A DNA stretch of 59,656 nucleotides from an uncultured Dehalococcoidia bacterium (GTDB lineage: Bacteria > Chloroflexota > Dehalococcoidia > Lucifugimonadales > UBA6927), in the NCBI GenBank assembly GCA_964637555.1, contig CAZWTJ010000002.1, positions 1 to 59,656 of the forward strand. Direction: 5' to 3'. The position numbers were made by a program, and so were the translations under genes. Positions within the stretch are counted from its first letter, which is position 1; each line of letters opens with the position of its first letter. The notes beneath the pieces are model-generated. The model worked only from the letters and a program-made list of their open reading frames with translations. It made no database searches and was not told the origin of the DNA. Shown here one piece after another: positions 1 through 7,379 of this stretch.

Positions 1-917
1 CATTCAAGTTGGATCTAAACATAGCTGTATCAGGGAAAGGATCAGATGGTAACTCTTTTTCGACTACAATAAAGGAGCAGTTTACCCGTAGCGATGATTT
101 TTATCCCAGCGCAGAACTGTCTATACCCAGCAACGGTATCCCGGACACGGACAAATACAAGCCATTTTCAATACCATCATCTACAGCTCAAAGTTTATTC
201 TTAGCTACATCGCAGAGTAACTATGACGATAATTATAGAAAAGTCCGTGTAAATAATACTGAAGGTTATTTTGTAAAGAAGTCCCCGAGCACTCTAAGGG
301 TTGGTCTTTTTGGAGACGTCAAATCTGAGGACTATGAAACAATGCGTGATTATATTGAAGTCCTGGCAGTCGTAGCTCCTGATTTAGATATAGCTTGGGC
401 AAATAACATTTCAGAAGTCACGTTGCCGATACATTTGCTTTCATGCACTGAGCTCATAAATGAGACTATTGACCAGTATTGCAATACGTCCGGACCATCT
501 GGTGGATTTTCGGATCAGTGGGGTTCGGGGAATCTTGCGACAGGGTGGGGTTTCATTCGTGTATCAGATCAACAAATGGGATCCAGACATACGTTAACCC
601 ATGAGTTTGGACATGCTATGGGTCTTTGGCATTCTGGAGTTGATAAGACTAGCATGGGGCCACCAAATAACCAGGCTGGCAACTGGGCTGCTCATGATTT
701 AATGGTTATTGCTTTAATCCATAATTCTGCTGTGGTATCAGGTCAGGCCCGTGAAGAAATTAGAGTTGCATTTAATATAGCGGATGATGAATTGCAGGGT
801 TACATTAACAATCCTGCTACGTTGTCAAATACGCCTGATGCAGCCTGGGTTGATCTTGGAGATAAGCTTAAGACCCAATTCAATAACTCATCAATGGGAA
901 AACGGTTAGGAAGATAA
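1..917 (+). CDS. Metzincin-like zinc metalloprotease (5' end probably outside window)
   Basis: The frame is open from the window edge to the TTG at nt 9, so the gene is probably 5'-truncated. HEFGHAMGLWH (nt 600-632) fits the HExxHxxGxxH metzincin zinc site and is followed by TSMGP, a candidate Met-turn. Confidence 0.6.
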   Translation, partial: FKLDLNIAVSGKGSDGNSFSTTIKEQFTRSDDFYPSAELSIPSNGIPDTDKYKPFSIPSSTAQSLFLATSQSNYDDNYRKVRVNNTEGYFVKKSPSTLRVGLFGDVKSEDYETMRDYIEVLAVVAPDLDIAWANNISEVTLPIHLLSCTELINETIDQYCNTSGPSGGFSDQWGSGNLATGWGFIRVSDQQMGSRHTLTHEFGHAMGLWHSGVDKTSMGPPNNQAGNWAAHDLMVIALIHNSAVVSGQAREEIRVAFNIADDELQGYINNPATLSNTPDAAWVDLGDKLKTQFNNSSMGKRLGR

Positions 918-982
918 ATTCATCAGGTTTCTGGTACGGGTAGGAAAGCATCCGAGTGATTCGAATCCGTCCGTCGTCTCCA

Positions 983-1378
983 TTAATTTTCTACAGAAAT
1001 CTCTAATAAGGATTCACCTGTTTTTATTTGATCTGATTCTTTAACATTTATTTGTGTGACTATTCCGTCATAAGAAGAGCGTAAAATCTGCTGGATTTTC
1101 ATCGTCTCTATCACACACAATTCAGTTCCCGAATGGACTTCATCCCCTTCCGAAACTAATATTGATACAACAACACCAGGCATAGGTGACACAAAACTTT
1201 GTTTTCCACTGTTGCGCTTAGATGGCTTACCATCAACGTCATTCTTAGATTGAATGCTTGCTAGCGAAACATGAAATTCTTCTCCGTCAACATTAGCTAT
1301 TACAGGATCAGAATCTAAAGAATCTATTTTTACACTAAACCATTTATCGTTAATTTTTACTCTTAATGAATATGACAT
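983..1378 (-). CDS. Free biotin carboxyl carrier protein (GcdC/MmdC-like biotinyl subunit)
   Basis: 131 aa. The C-terminal biotinyl/lipoyl-type domain has CVIETMKIQQ (E-x-M-K biotinylation motif). The N-terminus has beta-hairpin-like repeats SLRVKINDKWFSVKID and VIANVDGEEFHVSL. Starts 9 nt after the beta-subunit gene. Confidence 0.75.
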   Translation of the reverse strand: MSYSLRVKINDKWFSVKIDSLDSDPVIANVDGEEFHVSLASIQSKNDVDGKPSKRNSGKQSFVSPMPGVVVSILVSEGDEVHSGTELCVIETMKIQQILRSSYDGIVTQINVKESDQIKTGESLLEISVEN

Positions 1379-1387
1379 ACCTTAATC

Positions 1388-2560
1388 TTAACTAATTATA
1401 GAAACGAATATCCCAGCGACTACTGCCGAACCTATCACTCCAGCAACATTTGGTGCCATAGCATGAGGTAATAAATAGTTATCAGAGTCTTCTTCTTGCC
1501 CTACTTGATGTGAAATCCTTGCCGCCATAGGCACTGCTGAAACACCTGCAGATCCTATCAAAGGATTAATCTTGTTTGATTTCTCTCTAATAAAAATATT
1601 CATTAATTTTGCAAATAACACTCCAAAGACTGTACCTAACACCAATGCCATCAAACCTAATGCCAATATTAGCGTTGTTTCTAACTGAAATATCTTATCT
1701 GCTGCTAGTTGTGCACCTATGGTGATCATTAAAAGTGTTGTCACCAAATTTAACAATTCATTGGACACAGTAGACGTAAGGCGGGGTACCACTCCACTTT
1801 CCTTGAAAATATTTCCTATCATAAACATAGCAATCAACGGTGCAGACTGAGGAACAATTAAAATAATTATTAGCATAGCAGCCATAGGGAAAATGATCTT
1901 TTTTGTCTTTGAAATTTCAGGAGCAGGCTTCATACGAATCAACCGTTCATTTCTTGTAGTAAGTAACTTCATGATTGGAGGTTGAATAATCGCCACCAAC
2001 GCCATATATGAATATGCAACTACAGCCGTAATCCCTAAAAGTTCCGGAGCAATTCGTCCTGACAGGAAAATCGTTGTGGGGCCATCCGCTCCACCAATAA
2101 TTGAAATTACTGCCGATTGTGCAATAGAAAAGCCTTCAAACCCGGGGATTAAACTGCTCATGATTGCTGCCCAAAACGCAATGAAAATCCCGATTTGTGC
2201 TGCCGCACCTAATAATAGTGTCTTAGGATTCGAAATGAGCGGACCAAAGTCTGTCATAGCTCCAAGCCCCAAAAATATCAAAGGTGGTAGAATGTTCCAA
2301 TGTGCAAGCCCATAATGAAAAATCACTCCTATTATTCCGGAATCTTGGGCTAAATCGGAGCTTGGGCTGAACAAAGTAATTCCAGTTAATGGCAGATTTC
2401 CTACAATTATTCCTAATCCAATCGGAAGTAATTCATATGGTTCAACATTTTTTCTTATTGCCAACAAAACAAATAAAACACCAACACTTATCATTACAAT
2501 TTCTTGCCAACTGATATGAGTAAGTCCCATATTTTCGAGTATATTAATTAATTCTGGCAT
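1388..2560 (-). CDS. Na+-translocating decarboxylase beta subunit (OadB/GcdB/MmdB family)
   Basis: 390-aa polytopic membrane protein. The blocks VEPYELLPIGLGIIVGNLP, IIGGADGPTTIFL, NPLIGSAGVSAVPMAARI and YLLPHAMAPNVAGVIGSA match the conserved regions of this family. Confidence 0.9.
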   Translation of the reverse strand: MPELINILENMGLTHISWQEIVMISVGVLFVLLAIRKNVEPYELLPIGLGIIVGNLPLTGITLFSPSSDLAQDSGIIGVIFHYGLAHWNILPPLIFLGLGAMTDFGPLISNPKTLLLGAAAQIGIFIAFWAAIMSSLIPGFEGFSIAQSAVISIIGGADGPTTIFLSGRIAPELLGITAVVAYSYMALVAIIQPPIMKLLTTRNERLIRMKPAPEISKTKKIIFPMAAMLIIILIVPQSAPLIAMFMIGNIFKESGVVPRLTSTVSNELLNLVTTLLMITIGAQLAADKIFQLETTLILALGLMALVLGTVFGVLFAKLMNIFIREKSNKINPLIGSAGVSAVPMAARISHQVGQEEDSDNYLLPHAMAPNVAGVIGSAVVAGIFVSIIS

Positions 2561-2568
2561 CTAGCATT

Positions 2569-2787
2569 TCACTTTGGGTTTTTATCTTTAAACTTCATCA
2601 CAGTTACTGCAATAGCCGCAGCTTTAGCTGCTTCATGGCTTTTCTCGCGGTTGGATATAAAAAAACTTCTAGATCCTAAAAAATTTGCAAGCTTAATGGA
2701 AACCAACAAAGAAGTAATCACGAAAAAAGCAATTGAGATCGCTGTGAGCGATATACTTGCTGCCTCTATGATTACTTGAGAATCCAT
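2569..2787 (-). CDS. Small membrane anchor, OadG/GcdD-like gamma subunit (tentative)
   Basis: 72 aa with one N-terminal TM helix (LTAISIAFFVITSLLVSI) and an Ala-rich C-terminus (EAAKAAAIAVTVM). Lies 8 nt upstream of the beta subunit gene. The call rests on size, topology and context. Confidence 0.45.
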   Translation of the reverse strand: MDSQVIIEAASISLTAISIAFFVITSLLVSIKLANFLGSRSFFISNREKSHEAAKAAAIAVTVMKFKDKNPK

Positions 2788-2937
2788 TTACACACAATTA
2801 ATTTTGATTAAATATAAGTTCTATGCATAATATAAACTAATTTAAAAGTATATTCATAGTGTTGGCTATATTTTAACTTTACGCTGTTTCATCATTTTGA
2901 GACAATAAAATAATTCACTCTCTCATAGGAATCTAAT
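2788..2937. promoter_or_regulatory. Divergent AT-rich promoter region between the decarboxylase-module operon and the pxp-like operon
   Basis: 150-nt non-coding gap flanked by divergent start codons. AGGA lies 7 nt upstream of the pxpA ATG. I could not assign confident -35/-10 hexamers. Confidence 0.4.
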
Positions 2938-3708
2938 ATGCCCAGAATTATTGATTTGAATGCAGACATGGGGGAAAGCTTTGGCAGTTACAAAATGGGA
3001 AATGACGAAAAGTTACTCCCGTTGATTTCATCAGCTAATATCGCCTGCGGTTTTCATGCAGGTGATCCCAATTGGATGAAACACACTGTCGAAACAGCAT
3101 CAAAAAACATGGTGGAGATTGGAGCTCACGCGTCATATTTTGATTTACGAGGGTTTGGAAGAAGGAGTATCCCATCTTCCATACAGGAAATAAAAAATGA
3201 CATTACTTATCAACTTGGAGCGTTACAAGCTTTCTCATCATCCAAACCCCTCCAACACTTAAAGCCACATGGTGCTTTGTATAATGATGCTGTTGAAAAC
3301 ACACAAATCGCCGTGGCTATATGTGAAGTAATTATGGAGTTTAATTCCGAAATGTTTTTGTTGGCTCTCTCGGGCTCTAAATGGGTTGAAATAGCAACTA
3401 ATATGGGTATTAAAGTAGCTAGAGAATCTTTTGCCGATAGAACATTGCTAGAAGACGGATCTCTTGCTCCACGATCTGATCGCGGAGCAGTTTTACATGA
3501 AGTGGATGATGTAATACAAAATGGCCTTAGAATTGCAACTGAAGGAAGAGCACTTTTAAAGAATGGTGGGACTATTGAAATTGAATCCGACAGCATTTGT
3601 ATTCATGGAGACACCCCAAATGCTGTTAAGATGGCTGAATCACTTAGAAATGAATTAATTTCTAGAGAATTTCTGATTCAACCACTTTCTAAAACAATCA
3701 ACACTTAA
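2938..3708 (+). CDS. pxpA: LamB/YcsF family lactamase, 5-oxoprolinase subunit A-like
   Basis: The N-terminus IDLNADMGESFGSYKMGNDEKLLPLISSANIACGFHAGDP is the hallmark of LamB/YcsF (PxpA). Confidence 0.85.
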   Translation: MPRIIDLNADMGESFGSYKMGNDEKLLPLISSANIACGFHAGDPNWMKHTVETASKNMVEIGAHASYFDLRGFGRRSIPSSIQEIKNDITYQLGALQAFSSSKPLQHLKPHGALYNDAVENTQIAVAICEVIMEFNSEMFLLALSGSKWVEIATNMGIKVARESFADRTLLEDGSLAPRSDRGAVLHEVDDVIQNGLRIATEGRALLKNGGTIEIESDSICIHGDTPNAVKMAESLRNELISREFLIQPLSKTINT

Positions 3709-3718
3709 GAGAAAATTA

Positions 3719-4453
3719 ATGTATGACTCTCCAATATTTTTAAATGCCGGGGACAAAGCCATCGTAGTAGAATTTGGTGATACCATCGACCCCGACACAA
3801 ATAAAATTGTTCACAACCTCAACAATAAAATCTCATCTATTAGCATTGAAGGAATTATTGATACTGTACCCTCTTATAAATCAATTTTAATTATGTTTGA
3901 GCCGTTACAAATTTCGTCAAGCGAAATCCAATCAAAAATAATAAAAGAACTAGAAATAATTAATAACGAAGAAAATATTGCAAAATTTATTGTCCATATA
4001 CCTACATTATATGGCGGTGATTTTGGACCGGATTTAGCTTTTGTGGGTGAGCACACTAATTTGGATCAATCAGAGGTAATAAATTTACACTCTTCGGCAA
4101 AATATCTGGTCTACATGATGGGGTTTAGCCCTGGTTTTCCTTATTTAGGAGGCCTCCCTACCAAATTAGAAACCCCTCGAATGGATACTCCAAGGACCAA
4201 TATTAGTGGAGGGTCAGTTGGGATTGCAGACAAACAAACTGGAATCTACCCAGTTGATAGTCCTGGAGGATGGAGAATTATAGGAAGAACGCCAATAAAA
4301 TTATTCGATCAAAATAACACCCCCCCTACCCTTTTGATCCCTGGGAATTACTTAAAATTTGATCCAATACCCGATTTGGATTCATATATGGAAATCGAAG
4401 CAAAATACCTTCAAGGATTATTTGAACCTTTTGTGGAAGAAGTCAATGAGTAA
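3719..4453 (+). CDS. pxpB: AHS1/KipI family protein, 5-oxoprolinase subunit B-like
   Basis: 244 aa. The blocks GDKAIVVEFGD, YMMGFSPGFPYLGGLP and PGGWRIIGRTP are typical of allophanate hydrolase subunit 1 / KipI / PxpB. Confidence 0.8.
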   Translation: MYDSPIFLNAGDKAIVVEFGDTIDPDTNKIVHNLNNKISSISIEGIIDTVPSYKSILIMFEPLQISSSEIQSKIIKELEIINNEENIAKFIVHIPTLYGGDFGPDLAFVGEHTNLDQSEVINLHSSAKYLVYMMGFSPGFPYLGGLPTKLETPRMDTPRTNISGGSVGIADKQTGIYPVDSPGGWRIIGRTPIKLFDQNNTPPTLLIPGNYLKFDPIPDLDSYMEIEAKYLQGLFEPFVEEVNE

Positions 4454-5588
4454 TAATCTTATAGAAATTATAGAACCTGGAGTATTATCAACTATCCAGG
4501 ATTTGGGAAGGTTTGGATATCAGAAATATGGTGTGCCTGTTTCTGGTGCTATGGATCAATTCGCATACAGAGTCGGGAACATCTTAACAAACAATAATCA
4601 AAATTCTGCATCGATTGAGACTACCGTTTTTGGGTTAAAGTTCAAATTTTTAAAAGATTCAGTTTTCGCTTTAACTGGTGGAAATTTAGATCCATCTATT
4701 AATCAAAAACCTATAATGATGTGGCAATCAATTATTGCAAAAGAAAACGATATCCTTGAATTCCAAACACCGATGGATGGTTGCAGATCCTACATATCAT
4801 TTGAGGGAGGGATTTCACTTCCAGATATTTTAGGAAGCAAATCTACTTACGTTAATTCGAATCTAGGTGGCTTTCACGGCCGTTCACTACTCAGTGGTGA
4901 CATTCTAACAAACGAACAAACTTTTGAACCTAACAAATACGTACACAGAAGATTTCCTCCAAAATTACTGGCACCAAATTATGGACATGATCATGAAATA
5001 AGAGTGATTTTAGGCCCACAACAACGATCATTCACAGCAAAAGGCATCGAAACTTTTCAAGAGTCAGAATATATTGTATCTGATCAATCCAACAGAATAG
5101 GATATAGATTAGAAGGTCCTAAAATCGAACACTTCGGCAGCTCCGATATACTATCAGACGGTACCATGATGGGTTCAATACAGGTTCCGGGAAATGGAAA
5201 TCCTATAATATTAATGTCCGATCGAGGAGTTACTGGAGGATATCCTAAAATTGCTACTGTCATTTCTTCTGATATTAGTAAAATCGCACAAGCCCTACCC
5301 GGAGATAAAATTAAATTCCTTGTCATATCTAATCGTGAAGCAGAATCAATCCTTACTTCAACTGAGAACCTAATATCGAACATTGCGGAAACATCTTCAG
5401 ACTCAATTGATCAAAGGCTAAACATACTAGTCAACGACATATCTTATGAAGTAATTGACGAACAAAATGAAATCATAACTACCTCAGAAGAATTCTCGGA
5501 AATTGACGCACAAATTATATCTGCTAGAGTCAAAAATGCTAATGAAATTCATAATTTCAATATTGAGGTACGGAGGCAGTCAGAATGA
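4446..5588 (+). CDS. pxpC: AHS2/KipA family biotin-dependent carboxyltransferase-type protein (PxpC-like) with non-canonical C-terminal tail
   Basis: I moved the start to ATG 4446 (MSNNLIEIIEPGVLSTIQDLGRFGYQKYGVPVSGAMD), which overlaps the pxpB stop as ATGAGTAA. The AHS2 core includes GSIQVPGNGNPIILMSDRGVTGGYPKIA. About 67 extra residues follow residue ~313. Confidence 0.8.
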   Translation: MSNNLIEIIEPGVLSTIQDLGRFGYQKYGVPVSGAMDQFAYRVGNILTNNNQNSASIETTVFGLKFKFLKDSVFALTGGNLDPSINQKPIMMWQSIIAKENDILEFQTPMDGCRSYISFEGGISLPDILGSKSTYVNSNLGGFHGRSLLSGDILTNEQTFEPNKYVHRRFPPKLLAPNYGHDHEIRVILGPQQRSFTAKGIETFQESEYIVSDQSNRIGYRLEGPKIEHFGSSDILSDGTMMGSIQVPGNGNPIILMSDRGVTGGYPKIATVISSDISKIAQALPGDKIKFLVISNREAESILTSTENLISNIAETSSDSIDQRLNILVNDISYEVIDEQNEIITTSEEFSEIDAQIISARVKNANEIHNFNIEVRRQSE

Positions 5589-6631
5589 ACGAACGCATTT
5601 GCATATTTGGCGTAGGAGCTGTGGGAAGCTATATAGGTGGACACCTTACAAAAGCTGGCCACGATGTCACTCTGATTGACATGTGGGGTTCACATATTGA
5701 TTCAATGAGCGATCATGGATTAACCATCAATGATTTAAACTTTTCAAATTGTGTAAAAGTTAATGCTATACATTTAACTGATACTATTAATATCCTCGGA
5801 AAATTTGACATTATATTTGTATGTGTTAAATCTTTTGACACAGAATGGGCTTCTCATTATGTTAAAAACATTGTCAAACCAAATGGAATAGTAATCTCTG
5901 CTCAAAATTGTATGAACGACACCAAAATTTCTTCAATCGTCGGAGCTAATCAAGCAATTGGGATGGTAATGTCAACAATATCGGTCGCACTTTGGGAACC
6001 TGCAGTAGTAACGCGAGGTGGGGCAACAGGAAAAGAACGAGGATATGTTATTTTTCGAATCGGGGAACTTCATGGAAGAATCACTGAAAGAGTCAACAGA
6101 CTAGTTGAAATTATGGGTGATGTAGACACTGCAACTCCTACATCAAATATTTGGGGAGAACGCTGGTCAAAACTTGCAGCAAATGCAAGTTCAAACCCTG
6201 TACAAGGAATGACAGGATTGGCATCTGCATTAGGATCTAGTCCCGATGCTAGGAGGATACAAATTGAGATAGCTAAAGAGGTTATACAAGTTGGAATGGC
6301 CTTAGGCTTCAATATAGAAGAATTTAAGGGGTTTCCAGCAGAAAAATGGGCTAATGCTGATGATGGATCTATTTTTGAAGAATTAGATGAATTATTTGTT
6401 ACAGAATTAAAACCAGAAGGCACAGATCACTTCTCATCAATGGCTCAAGACACATCAAAAAAGAGGCATTCCGAAGTACAATATATGAATGGGTTCATAT
6501 CAAATGAGGGTCGGAAAATAGGAATCCCAACTCCTGCTAACGACGCAGTAACAGCAATAATTTCAGAAATTGATCTTCAAAAATCTAGGCCTACCCCAGA
6601 AAACATTAAACGCGCACTTGAGATGATGTAG
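5585..6631 (+). CDS. Ketopantoate reductase (ApbA/PanE) family 2-oxoacid reductase
   Basis: Rossmann N-terminus ICIFGVGAVGSYIGGHLTKAGHDVTLI. C-terminal blocks WSKLAANASSNPV and SSMAQDTSKKRHSEVQYMNG...GIPTPAND. ATGA overlap with pxpC. Confidence 0.75.
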   Translation: MNERICIFGVGAVGSYIGGHLTKAGHDVTLIDMWGSHIDSMSDHGLTINDLNFSNCVKVNAIHLTDTINILGKFDIIFVCVKSFDTEWASHYVKNIVKPNGIVISAQNCMNDTKISSIVGANQAIGMVMSTISVALWEPAVVTRGGATGKERGYVIFRIGELHGRITERVNRLVEIMGDVDTATPTSNIWGERWSKLAANASSNPVQGMTGLASALGSSPDARRIQIEIAKEVIQVGMALGFNIEEFKGFPAEKWANADDGSIFEELDELFVTELKPEGTDHFSSMAQDTSKKRHSEVQYMNGFISNEGRKIGIPTPANDAVTAIISEIDLQKSRPTPENIKRALEMM

Positions 6632-6642
6632 AAAAATAATTA

Positions 6643-7275
6643 ATGATGAACGAAATACTTTTACAAATTATAGATTTCTTGTCCTCTATATCAAATTGGT
6701 TGCTTACCTTTTCAGATAATAGTTGGGCATTTATTGTTTTACCAATTGCTGTAATGGTTGAATCTATATTCAGTCCTATCCCGCCAGATCCTTTGATAAT
6801 TGTAATGTCAATTTCTAACCCTGAGCTTTCATTTTTATTTTCACTGATAGCTACATTATTTTCCGTAATTGGCGGCATAATTGGATATTGGGTCGGAAAC
6901 AAATTTGGTAGGGGTTGGACAAAGAAATTTGTTTCAGAAGAGAAATTTATGAAAGCGGAAAAACTTTTTACAAAATACGGCGTCTGGGCAATCGCGATAG
7001 CCGCAATTTCACCTCTGCCTTACAAGATTTTTACAATTACTGCAGGAATCATGAATTACAACCTAAAGAATTTTATCATTGTCTCACTAATAGCCCGCGG
7101 TGTAAGATTTTTCTTTTTGGGAGGGCTACTATTTATTTTTGGTGAAAAAATTGCCACTTTTATGGACAACCAATCCGATCTTCTATTGATTGCAGGAGTC
7201 ATACTCTTAATTTTATGCCTTCTTATCCCATGGATATATTTTATAAATCCATTTTCTCGACAGCGAAACATTTAA
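6643..7275 (+). CDS. DedA/VTT-domain (YqaA-like) membrane protein
   Basis: 210 aa with multiple TM helices. SPIPPDPLII and the following GYWVGNKFGRGW block are typical of the DedA/SNARE-associated family. Confidence 0.7.
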   Translation: MMNEILLQIIDFLSSISNWLLTFSDNSWAFIVLPIAVMVESIFSPIPPDPLIIVMSISNPELSFLFSLIATLFSVIGGIIGYWVGNKFGRGWTKKFVSEEKFMKAEKLFTKYGVWAIAIAAISPLPYKIFTITAGIMNYNLKNFIIVSLIARGVRFFFLGGLLFIFGEKIATFMDNQSDLLLIAGVILLILCLLIPWIYFINPFSRQRNI

Positions 7276-7379
7276 AAATATATTTTTTTACCGACATTTC
7301 TTAATCTATCCAATACATTCCTATGTACGATATATGTTAATATGACGCTGTATTCTCGACTTTATCAAAGGAGATCAAC

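Noticed and set aside
918-982. tRNA-like 3' end in the convergent intergenic gap: TTCGAAT (960-966) followed by CCGTC, CGTCGTC, T, CCA. This mimics T-loop, T-stem, acceptor stem, discriminator and CCA, and could be a tRNA or an att-site remnant.
   Set aside because: The would-be 5' T-stem strand (AGTGA, 955-959) does not pair with CCGTC, and position 53 is A rather than G. No D-arm, anticodon arm or 5' acceptor strand can be built upstream. At most it is a degenerate remnant. tRNAscan/ARAGORN would settle it.
2823-2830. Short palindromes (TATGCATA; TTAAT-tttg-ATTAA at about 2798-2811) in the divergent oad/pxp promoter region, considered as shared operator sites.
   Set aside because: They are 5-8 bp and A/T-rich in an AT-rich spacer, so they are expected by chance and I cannot show conservation.
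4359-4445. Longer form of the pxpC ORF starting at ATG 4359, overlapping pxpB by 95 nt.
   Set aside because: The extra 29 residues (MIQYPIWIHIWKSKQ...) have no family similarity. The conserved AHS2 N-terminus begins at ATG 4446, which gives a typical 8-nt coupled overlap.
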